A stretch of 64,000 nt of DNA, from the NCBI GenBank assembly GCA_902595195.1, contig CACJPC010000001.1, positions 150,654 through 214,653 of the forward strand, read 5' to 3'. The DNA is from an uncultured Candidatus Actinomarina sp. (lineage in GTDB: Bacteria; Actinomycetota; Acidimicrobiia; Actinomarinales; Actinomarinaceae). The notes below the pieces were generated by a model that saw only the letters and a list, made by a program, of their open reading frames with translations, made no database searches and was not told where the DNA came from. Both the position numbers and the translations under genes were made by a program. Each line of letters opens with the position of its first letter. Within the stretch, counting starts at the first letter, position 1. Below, in pieces: positions 26,694 through 34,365 of the stretch.

Positions 26694-27679
26694 TGAAAAT
26701 AGCCATTATTGGGGCAACGGGATTAGTTGGTCGTAAAATTATAAATCTATCAGAAGAGTATTTTCCGAAAGATACTTCCTACACTTTTTTTGCATCAAGT
26801 AAATCAAAAGGCACTGAATTAGTAATAAATAAAAATAAGTTAATTGTTCAAGAATTAATTGATGAAAATATATCCGAATTTGATATTGCCCTTTTTTCAG
26901 CTGGAGGTGATAGATCGAAAGAATTTGCTAAGAAGTTTATAGAACATGGAGCTTATGTCATTGATAACTCATCAGCTTTCAGGCATGATGATGAAGTCCC
27001 ACTAGTAGTTTATGGAATTAATGAAGAGACTATAAATAGCAACACAAAATTAATTGCTAATCCTAACTGTACAACTATGGGTTTAGTTATGGCTTTAAAG
27101 CCTCTCCATGATAAATTTAACCTTAAATCAATTACGCCAGTTGCATATCAAGCAGTATCCGGATCAGGAACCCAAGCGGTGGACTCTCTTAGTAAAGAAA
27201 TTGAAATGGGAGATGATTTGAAAGAAGATTATGCAGATGGTTTTTATCCAAGACCAATTGCAAAAAATGTTATTCCAGTTGCTGGAAATTTATTAGAGAA
27301 CGGATACTCTGACGAAGAAATGAAGTTTGTAAATGAATCAAGAAAGATACTTTCTATAGGCGACTTAACTGTAGAGCCTTCAAACGCTAGGGTTGGAGTA
27401 AAAACAGGGCATGGAACATTCTGTTCAGCAGTTTTTGAAAATGAAGTTTCAAGAGAGTCTGCAATTATTGCAATCAACAATTTTGATGGTATTGAATATT
27501 GGGATGATCCATTACCTACTCCACTTGATGCTGAGGGAAGAGATAATGTTTTGGTATCAAGAATGAGAGAGGGTCTTTCATCAAAAAAAATACTCAACTT
27601 CTGGGTTGTTTCAGATAACTTACTTAAAGGTGCAGCACTTAATGCAGTCCAAATAGCAAAATATGTTTCAGAGTTATGA
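26693..27679 (+). CDS. asd: aspartate-semialdehyde dehydrogenase
   Basis: IIGATGLVGRK, active site NPNCTT and QAVSGSG. ATGA overlaps at both ends. Confidence 0.95.
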   Translation: MKIAIIGATGLVGRKIINLSEEYFPKDTSYTFFASSKSKGTELVINKNKLIVQELIDENISEFDIALFSAGGDRSKEFAKKFIEHGAYVIDNSSAFRHDDEVPLVVYGINEETINSNTKLIANPNCTTMGLVMALKPLHDKFNLKSITPVAYQAVSGSGTQAVDSLSKEIEMGDDLKEDYADGFYPRPIAKNVIPVAGNLLENGYSDEEMKFVNESRKILSIGDLTVEPSNARVGVKTGHGTFCSAVFENEVSRESAIIAINNFDGIEYWDDPLPTPLDAEGRDNVLVSRMREGLSSKKILNFWVVSDNLLKGAALNAVQIAKYVSEL

Positions 27680-28341
27680 GCGAAGCAAATTATAAAAACC
27701 TAGCAACTAAAAAAAGAAGAATTCTTGGCCCCTTTGGAAGGCTTTTAATGAAACTATTTAGATGGGAGATTAAGGGCGAAATTCCAGATTTAAGCAAAAT
27801 GATTCTTATTGGTTTACCTCATACAGCAATGAGAGATGCTTGGTATGCTCTTTTAGCAGTATGGTCTTTAGATTTAAAAATTAATTTTTTTGGTGCTGCA
27901 TGGATATTTACACGATTACCTAGCTTGTTTACTATCTCAAAAAATTTAGACAAGCTCGGTATACCTTGGCCATTTTGGTGGTTACAGAAGTATCTTTTAT
28001 TAAAACTGGGCGGAATTCCTGTATATAGAGTTAATTCAAAAGGATTAATTTATGGAGCAGTCGAAGAGTTTAAAAAGATAGATAACTATATTTTAGTTAT
28101 TGCACCTGAAGCGGGTACAGAGCCAGTATCTGAGTTTAGAAGTGGTTTTTACTATCTAGCAAAAGGCCTAAACATACCTCTTGTGCCTATAGCTATAGAT
28201 TTCAAAAATCGCTGTTTTTCAATAAGGCAACATTATTTTGTAAAAGGCACGTTTGAGGAAGAATCTCAAAAGCTAATTGATCAATTTGAGGGAGTTGAGG
28301 GAGCAACTAGAACATTTAAAATGCTAGAAAAAATGGAATAA
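27676..28341 (+). CDS. acyltransferase (PlsC/lysophospholipid acyltransferase-like)
   Basis: H-x4-D motif (LPHTAMRDAW) and APEAGT block. Confidence 0.6.
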   Translation: MSEANYKNLATKKRRILGPFGRLLMKLFRWEIKGEIPDLSKMILIGLPHTAMRDAWYALLAVWSLDLKINFFGAAWIFTRLPSLFTISKNLDKLGIPWPFWWLQKYLLLKLGGIPVYRVNSKGLIYGAVEEFKKIDNYILVIAPEAGTEPVSEFRSGFYYLAKGLNIPLVPIAIDFKNRCFSIRQHYFVKGTFEEESQKLIDQFEGVEGATRTFKMLEKME

Positions 28342-28999
28342 ACAAACTCAAGATATAATTTCCAACAGGAATTTGTTTGATTCCAAGTAAATTAATTCCA
28401 ACTCCTACCAATAATACACCACCAATCCCGGCTATAGAATCAGACATAGCCTGGTCGATCGATCCACCAATAGCTAAAGCGCATAAAGTAAAGAAGCCTT
28501 GGTATATCAAGATGGAAATCCCCGAATAGCCTGCTCCTTTACCACCACTCGAAGTTAAAAACAAAACTAAGAAGCAATCAAGTGCAGTTTTGATTAACAA
28601 AAGCTCAATGTTTCCCTCAACTACATCTAAGAATGGGCCCACAATTGCCAGTGGACCAGTAACCACTATTAATGAAGCAGTTAAGTAACTTTCAATAAAC
28701 TTATTTTTTTCTCCTTCTCCTTTTTCAAATTTTTTATGAAGATATTCTCCAAAGCTTTTAATTCTTTCTTCAATTTTTAAATATGTACCAATAATTGCGC
28801 CAATTAAAACAGCAAAAAGTGTAACTAAAAATTCTGGACTTTTTAGCGATTCTCTAATTCCCAAAGTTAATACCAACAAACCAAGAGGCAGTAAGTTATT
28901 TTCAAAGTTTTTAATTTCCTTTTTAATAAAAAATCTACTTAATAGGCCTACACCCATTACTGCAAAAGAATTTATTAGGGTACCAATACCTGGAATCAT
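28316..28999 (-). CDS. DUF554-family membrane protein
   Basis: [21 protein letters not shown]-terminus and multiple TM helices, YdfK/YqgA-like from memory. Confidence 0.6.
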   Translation of the reverse strand: MIPGIGTLINSFAVMGVGLLSRFFIKKEIKNFENNLLPLGLLVLTLGIRESLKSPEFLVTLFAVLIGAIIGTYLKIEERIKSFGEYLHKKFEKGEGEKNKFIESYLTASLIVVTGPLAIVGPFLDVVEGNIELLLIKTALDCFLVLFLTSSGGKGAGYSGISILIYQGFFTLCALAIGGSIDQAMSDSIAGIGGVLLVGVGINLLGIKQIPVGNYILSLFIPFFLAF

Positions 29000-29562
29000 T
29001 TATTTTTAAAATCGTTATGGCTACGGCTTGGAGTAGGCCCCTCTTGTCCCTGATATTTGCTTCCGTATACTCCTGAACCATATTCGGATTCAGAAGGAGA
29101 ATTTAAGTAATAGAATGATATCTGACCTATTTTCATTTCAGGGTAAATTTTGATTGGTAAATTTGCTACATTTGAAAGCTCAAGCGTTAGATAACCTGAA
29201 AAACCAGGGTCTACGAATCCTGCTGTTGAGTGAATTAATAGCCCAATTCTACCTAGAGAACTTTTTCCTTCTAGCCTTGCAACTACTTTATTTGATAAAG
29301 TCACTTTTTCAAATGTAGTTCCAAGAACAAATTCCCCTGGATGGAGAACAAACGGTTCATCAATTGTTGCAGTAACCAGAGTAGTTAAATCTTCTTGCTC
29401 TGCTTTTGGATCTATATGAGAGTATTTATGATTTTCAAATACTCTAAATTCATTTCCAACTCTTAGATCTACACTTGAAGGCTGAATGTAAGCTTCGTCT
29501 AAAGGAGAGATCTCTATCTCTTTATTCTCTAATGATATTTTTATGTCTTTGTCTGATAACAT
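28996..29562 (-). CDS. dcd: dCTP deaminase
   Basis: [28 protein letters not shown] and LELSN motifs. Confidence 0.9.
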   Translation of the reverse strand: MLSDKDIKISLENKEIEISPLDEAYIQPSSVDLRVGNEFRVFENHKYSHIDPKAEQEDLTTLVTATIDEPFVLHPGEFVLGTTFEKVTLSNKVVARLEGKSSLGRIGLLIHSTAGFVDPGFSGYLTLELSNVANLPIKIYPEMKIGQISFYYLNSPSESEYGSGVYGSKYQGQEGPTPSRSHNDFKNK

Positions 29563-29607
29563 TTAAACCTTTAGTTCTTTGAATATCATAACCTATTTTT
29601 TGTATTT

Positions 29608-29808
29608 TTATCTGTTTATTAATGAAGCAATTGACCAGATAGTAATTACAAGACCAACAATTGTTAAAAAAATTGTTCGTGTAAAGAAAATTTCAGTACC
29701 CTCTTTGTTTGATTTGAGCAACGCCGCAATATTTCCAGCTACCATTGCTGCTCCAACACCAAGAAGAAGAAGAATTATTGTTAAATCTAGTGCAAATGGA
29801 TCATTCAT
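29608..29808 (-). CDS. small membrane protein (two TM helices)
   Basis: LDLTIILLLLGVGAAMVAGNIAAL and IFLTIVGLVITIWSIASL. Preferred over the antisense N-terminal extension of ORF 29579..30676, which is low-complexity and not protein-like. Confidence 0.5.
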   Translation of the reverse strand: MNDPFALDLTIILLLLGVGAAMVAGNIAALLKSNKEGTEIFFTRTIFLTIVGLVITIWSIASLINR

Positions 29809-29818
29809 AACTTATATT

Positions 29819-30676
29819 ATGATAATGAATATGATCGAATCTAGTGAAGTAGTAAAAATATTTTTAGATTATGAAATTTCTAATATTAAAGATGAAAAAA
29901 AATACACCATCTCACCGTTAGATGGAATAACAAATAATACAGTTGTTGTAGGCGTAGATAATAAAAAGTTTGTCTTGAGAATTCCCGGAAAAAATCCAGA
30001 CGTTATAAATAGAAAATCTGAAAAACTTAATTCTATTAGAGCTTATGAGGCTGGATTAACACTTCCGTTTATAATTTTTGATGAAATTACTGGGATTAAA
30101 ATTTTAGAATATTTCGATATATATACATACAAGCAACAAGATTTTAACAATAAAGAAATGCGAATGAATGCATTGTATATATTAAATGAATTGCACAATT
30201 CAGATTTGGTACTTGAAGAAAATTTTTCACCTCTAAAAGTTTTTCATAATATTGCAGATGCTTCTCACTCAGTAGAAAAAGAAGCTATTGAAGTTGCTTC
30301 AAATGTTATAAAAAAGATAAACGAAATTGGAATCAAAAATGTACCGTGTCACCAAGATCTTTACCATGCAAATTTCGTAATCTATGAAAATAAAACAATT
30401 CTTATTGATTGGGAATACTCATCTATGGGAGATAGCTACTTTGATTATGCAGACTTATTTTGGCAAAATGAATTTGATCATAACGACGAATTTAAAAAAA
30501 GTTCATTAATAGAAATAGGGATAGAGTCTGACGAAGATATTGAAAAATTTGAGTACTTTGAAATGCTCTCTATGATTACTTGGGGCCTATGGGCGCTAAG
30601 AAGGTCTCCAAATGATAATGATGGCTTAATGGCAATAAATAATGCAATAAAATTAAGCAAAATTAAAAAACTTTGA
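29819..30676 (+). CDS. choline/ethanolamine kinase-type phosphotransferase (APH fold)
   Basis: Brenner motif CHQDLYHANFV and IDWEYSSMGDSYFDYADLF. Start trimmed to ATG 29819 (MIMNMIESS...). Confidence 0.7.
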   Translation: MIMNMIESSEVVKIFLDYEISNIKDEKKYTISPLDGITNNTVVVGVDNKKFVLRIPGKNPDVINRKSEKLNSIRAYEAGLTLPFIIFDEITGIKILEYFDIYTYKQQDFNNKEMRMNALYILNELHNSDLVLEENFSPLKVFHNIADASHSVEKEAIEVASNVIKKINEIGIKNVPCHQDLYHANFVIYENKTILIDWEYSSMGDSYFDYADLFWQNEFDHNDEFKKSSLIEIGIESDEDIEKFEYFEMLSMITWGLWALRRSPNDNDGLMAINNAIKLSKIKKL

Positions 30677-30747
30677 AAAGATTTTCAGTTAATGGTGAAA
30701 ATCAGTTAGAATTTCGCAGTTAGGAAAAAAGGAAAAAAATTTAATTT

Positions 30748-30843
30748 ATGGGATCTTTGATCAAAAAAAGACGTAAGAAAATGTCAAAACATAAATATCG
30801 TAAACGTCGTAAATCAAATAGACATAAGAAGAAAAGCGTCTAG
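30748..30843 (+). CDS. 30S ribosomal protein bS22 (actinobacterial 31-33 aa basic protein)
   Basis: Not in the ORF track because it is under 60 aa. It translates to MGSLIKKRRKKMSKHKYRKRRKSNRHKKKSV (compare mycobacterial bS22, [33 protein letters not shown]). Confidence 0.8.
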   Translation: MGSLIKKRRKKMSKHKYRKRRKSNRHKKKSV

Positions 30844-31692
30844 TTAGAGTTCTCTCTCTTCATTTAAAAAGTCTTCAATCTGCTGGACTAAATTGTCTTC
30901 AGAGAAGTTGTCTTCAATACTAACTTCGGCTTCCTCAAGCTTAGACACATAGTCAGCTAGGTCTTGAGAGTTCTCCATAGCTTTACTTATTTTCAGTTCA
31001 AACTGCTGACCTTCACTTTGTATGCCAGAGTCATCAATATCAATTTTTAATATCTCAGAAGTTTTGTTTAAAAGTGCGCTCATTCCTTTAGGGTATCCAC
31101 CACTACTTAAGTAATGCGGAACAGCAGCCCAAAGACCAGAAGTCTCAATTCCATTATCTCTTAAAGATTGTCCAACAACACTTGTTATGCCTGTTGGTCC
31201 TGAGTAATTAGGATTGAGAACATTAAAGCGAGAGTGAAATGTAGGATCTCCACTAACGCCGAAAATTGGAACAGGAAGAGTATGTGCTACTTGTCCAAAA
31301 AAAGCTCCTAAGGTAACAGCTTTTTTGACACCTAGCTCTAAAAGAGTTTCTGTTATATTTTTTGAATATTCTTTCCATCTCATTGATGGCTCTTCTCCGA
31401 ATACCAAAATTAGATCACTTTTGAGTTTGTAATCCTCAATTGAATAGAAAGAAGTTTGAGGCCAATGAAAGTTTCTTTCACCAAAGTCTTTAACCTCAAC
31501 AATTGGCCTTCTCATTTGATAGTTATAGTAAGAATCGGAATCTAGCTCAGCAAAAGGATCTACGTCATATGTGCAGCTTAAATTCTCAACACAGCCAGTA
31601 GCTGTATTGCCTGCATCACTCCACCCTTCAAAGGCAAGTATTGCTACAGGTTCTGATAAAAGTGGCTTTCTATACCAAACTACATCTTCCAT
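30844..31692 (-). CDS. PAC2 (proteasome assembly chaperone 2-like) family protein
   Basis: PVAILAFEGWSDAGNTATG N-terminal block is typical of actinobacterial PAC2 proteins. 282 aa. Confidence 0.65.
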   Translation of the reverse strand: MEDVVWYRKPLLSEPVAILAFEGWSDAGNTATGCVENLSCTYDVDPFAELDSDSYYNYQMRRPIVEVKDFGERNFHWPQTSFYSIEDYKLKSDLILVFGEEPSMRWKEYSKNITETLLELGVKKAVTLGAFFGQVAHTLPVPIFGVSGDPTFHSRFNVLNPNYSGPTGITSVVGQSLRDNGIETSGLWAAVPHYLSSGGYPKGMSALLNKTSEILKIDIDDSGIQSEGQQFELKISKAMENSQDLADYVSKLEEAEVSIEDNFSEDNLVQQIEDFLNEEREL

Positions 31693-31735
31693 AATGAAAG
31701 ATTAATGTTTTAATAGATTTATTTAATATAAATTT

Positions 31736-33826
31736 TTATAGTTTTCTTGATGAATTCAAAACTACGGAAATGCTTGATAGTGCCATGGCTAAAGCTGCTA
31801 AATTTGGAGTAATTACCCCAGACACAGCCAATGGAATCATTGAGGTGTTGTAAACAAAAGCAAGGAATAGATTTTGATAAATTCTACTTTTAGATTTTTT
31901 TGATAATTTAAAAATTTCAGAAATTGTATCTAAACCGCCCTTGTGAATTAAAATATCACCAGCTACTTGTGCTATTTGACTACTACTAGAGGTAGTTATA
32001 CCAATATCCGCTTGTTTTATTGAAGGGGAATCATTTACTCCATCTCCAACATAAATAATTTTTTCTTCTAGTTGTTTATTTTTAATAAAGTCTAACTTTT
32101 CTTCTGGAGATTTATTTGAATGATATTTGTCCACCCCAATACTTTTAGCAAACTTTTCAACATTTACTTCTTTATCTCCAGAGAGAATAATTATTTCTTT
32201 TTCATCTTTCAGTATATTTAAGAAATTTGACGATACGGATACCTCTTCTTCTAAGTAAAGGTCAATTTTTTGCTCGTCAATTTTAACAATGATTGAAGAC
32301 TCGTTAGAGTCTTCATTTTTTTCAATTAAAACTTTTTTCTCATCAACTATACCTTGTATCCCCAAGCCAGGAACTTCCTTGACATTATCAGCTTTAAGCA
32401 ACTTCAAATCTCGTAATTCTGCTTCATAAACAATACTTCTTGCAATCGGATGCTGAGAATAGCTTTCAAGACTTGCAATAATTTGTAAAATTGTATTTTC
32501 CGTTAGAGCTGTATTATTGTCGATCTTTGATATTTTAAAAATACCAGAAGAAAGGGTACCTGTTTTATCAAAAATAAGAGTATTTATATCACCAAATTTT
32601 TGCAAAATATCAAAATTTTTGAATAAGTATCCCTGTTTCTTACTGAGAGTTGCAGTCTTAAACAAAACTATTGGAGTTGCTAAGCCTAATGCACAAGGAC
32701 ATGCAATCACCAAAACTGCTATTGAATTTTTTAAGGCATCTAATAATGTGAAATCGCTTATGAAGAATCTAAATAGGAAAGTTAGAAGACTAATAAAAAG
32801 AACAACTGGAACGAAGTATTGAGTTACTTTGTCCAATGATTTTTGAATCTCTGGTTTAGTTGCTTGAGCCGTTCTAATTAATTCTTCAATTATGTTGTAG
32901 GTAGATTTTTGATAAGACTCTTGGACAGAGACTTTTATTGCACCATCTAAATTTATACTTCCACCTACAACTAAGTCCCTAGGATTTTTAACTAGAGGAA
33001 TTGACTCTCCAGTTAATAGACTTTCATCAACGGTTGTTGAACCTTCTAAAACAACACCATCAACAGGAATAATCTCTCCAGGGCTTACTTTAAATAAATC
33101 ACCAATTGCAACCTCTTTAATAGGTACTTCAAGATGTTCCCCACCTCTTTCCACAATTAAAGTTTTAGGCATTCTGCTTTTTATTGATTCAGATTCATTT
33201 ACGGATTCCTCTATAACCTTATCTTCTATTGCTTTACCAATTAAGATAAATGAAACTATGAAAGCCCCGGTATCTAGGAACATTTTATTATTTGTGATTG
33301 ATAAATCAGAGCCTAGGACAGTGCTTGGTAACAATGAAATAATAAGCGCACTCAAGCTACCGATTGAAATTAGAGTATCCATATTAAAATCAAAAAATTT
33401 AATTTTTTTAAAAGCAGAAATATGAAAATTTCTACCAAGTATCAAGATAACAAAAGAGCCTATTGCATAAGATAAGATATCTAGCCCAGCCTCAAATGTA
33501 AATCTGAGAATGTAAGTAAGAAACAATGAAAATAAAGGTATTAAAAATTTAAATCTAACTTTACTACCTGAACTAAGGCTGTCTGCTTCTTTTGCCTTAT
33601 AGCCAATAGTGTTTACTTTTTTAATTAAATTATCAACATCAAATTCATCATTATTTTTAATGTCAACAATTGCAGACTTTAAAGGAAAGCTTACAGATAC
33701 GTCTAGGACATCTTCTTGTTTTGAAATTACTCGTTCTATCCGTGCAGCACATGCAGCACATGTCATGCCCTCGATGTCTAAATTTAAAGTATTATTCTGA
33801 CTGGACAACTGTGTAGCCTTGTTCAT
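31736..33826 (-). CDS. copA: copper-translocating P1B-type ATPase
   Basis: N-terminal HMA GMTCAACAARIE, TGES, the CPC motif (ACPCALGLATP), DKTGTL and GDGVNDSP. Confidence 0.95.
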   Translation of the reverse strand: MNKATQLSSQNNTLNLDIEGMTCAACAARIERVISKQEDVLDVSVSFPLKSAIVDIKNNDEFDVDNLIKKVNTIGYKAKEADSLSSGSKVRFKFLIPLFSLFLTYILRFTFEAGLDILSYAIGSFVILILGRNFHISAFKKIKFFDFNMDTLISIGSLSALIISLLPSTVLGSDLSITNNKMFLDTGAFIVSFILIGKAIEDKVIEESVNESESIKSRMPKTLIVERGGEHLEVPIKEVAIGDLFKVSPGEIIPVDGVVLEGSTTVDESLLTGESIPLVKNPRDLVVGGSINLDGAIKVSVQESYQKSTYNIIEELIRTAQATKPEIQKSLDKVTQYFVPVVLFISLLTFLFRFFISDFTLLDALKNSIAVLVIACPCALGLATPIVLFKTATLSKKQGYLFKNFDILQKFGDINTLIFDKTGTLSSGIFKISKIDNNTALTENTILQIIASLESYSQHPIARSIVYEAELRDLKLLKADNVKEVPGLGIQGIVDEKKVLIEKNEDSNESSIIVKIDEQKIDLYLEEEVSVSSNFLNILKDEKEIIILSGDKEVNVEKFAKSIGVDKYHSNKSPEEKLDFIKNKQLEEKIIYVGDGVNDSPSIKQADIGITTSSSSQIAQVAGDILIHKGGLDTISEIFKLSKKSKSRIYQNLFLAFVYNTSMIPLAVSGVITPNLAALAMALSSISVVLNSSRKL

Positions 33827-34001
33827 CTAACAGTTGAGAAACATTCATCATGTCTAAATCAGAAGATGAGATAACTTCAACAGATTTTTCCTCAATATCA
33901 ACTGAAACGCTTTCTATTGATTCAACATTATTTAATGTAGATTCAATCGTATCCTTACAATGACCACAACTGATTTCAGGAACTGTAAATACAACATTCA
34001 T
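33792..34001 (-). CDS. copZ: copper chaperone CopZ (HMA domain)
   Basis: MNVVFTVPEISCGHCKDTIE (C-x2-C metal site). I prefer ATG 34001 over TTG 34010. Overlaps the copA start by 35 nt. Confidence 0.85.
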   Translation of the reverse strand: MNVVFTVPEISCGHCKDTIESTLNNVESIESVSVDIEEKSVEVISSSDLDMMNVSQLLDEQGYTVVQSE

Positions 34002-34033
34002 AATTATCAATATTAATACTTGGCGGGCTATAA

Positions 34034-34061
34034 ATAAGCCCCTAATTTCTTAGGGGCTTAT
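34034..34061 (-). terminator. GC-rich 12-bp hairpin (ATAAGCCCCTAA-tttc-TTAGGGGCTTAT) between the CCCH gene and copZ: terminator/attenuator candidate
   Basis: Perfect 12-bp stem with a 4-nt loop, followed on the transcribed (minus) strand by UUAU AGCC, a weak U tract. It is conspicuously GC-rich in an AT-rich context. Confidence 0.35.
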
Positions 34062-34063
34062 AA

Positions 34064-34085
34064 GAAATCTCTTGGGGGAGATTTC
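34064..34085 (-). other. Second hairpin (GAAATCTC-ttgggg-GAGATTTC) in the copZ leader
   Basis: Perfect 8-bp stem with a 6-nt loop. It is flanked at 34087-34093 by a second TTAGGGG that could pair with CCCCTAA of hairpin 34034..34061 instead. Confidence 0.3.
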
Positions 34086-34105
34086 GTTAGGGGGGTCTTT
34101 AAAAC

Positions 34106-34300
34106 TTAAGCAGTTTCTTGTAGAATTCTGCCTCTAACTCTAGGATATTTCACAGGAGCATGATTGAAGCAGTGATCTCTCTTGTTATAAATACTTAATT
34201 GAGTACTACAAGATTCATCTTTGCACACTCTGCCCTGGTCAAAACTCTTTGATGGCCTAATTCCGCCCTTTATTTGACTCGCTTTTAATCCGTCTGTCAT
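34106..34300 (-). CDS. small C-X4-C-X12-C-X2-H protein (64 aa), unrecognised family; paralog of 57919..58119
   Basis: MTDGLKASQIKGGIRPSKSFDQGRVCKDESCSTQLSIYNKRDHCFNHAPVKYPRVRGRILQETA. About 55-60% identical by eye to the 66-aa paralog, with all four Cys/His ligand positions and the YPRVRG tail conserved. AAGGA Shine-Dalgarno upstream. Confidence 0.7.
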   Translation of the reverse strand: MTDGLKASQIKGGIRPSKSFDQGRVCKDESCSTQLSIYNKRDHCFNHAPVKYPRVRGRILQETA

Positions 34301-34318
34301 TTTATTCCTTTATATACT

Positions 34319-34336
34319 TTGTGAATATATTCACAA
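34319..34336. promoter_or_regulatory. Perfect CRP/GlxR-type site tTGTGA-ATATAT-TCACAa
   Basis: 18-bp perfect palindrome centred about 27 nt upstream of the ATG at 34300. It matches the TGTGA-N6-TCACA consensus of the CRP/FNR family exactly. Confidence 0.55.
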
Positions 34337-34365
34337 GCTTAACATAAATATTTTAGAATACAATT

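Noticed and set aside
33792-33826. 35-nt copZ/copA overlap as a sign of frameshift or fusion
   Set aside because: Both reading frames are intact with normal termini. The copA N-terminus of about 20 residues before GMTCAAC is typical, so this is treated as ordinary overlap in a compact genome.
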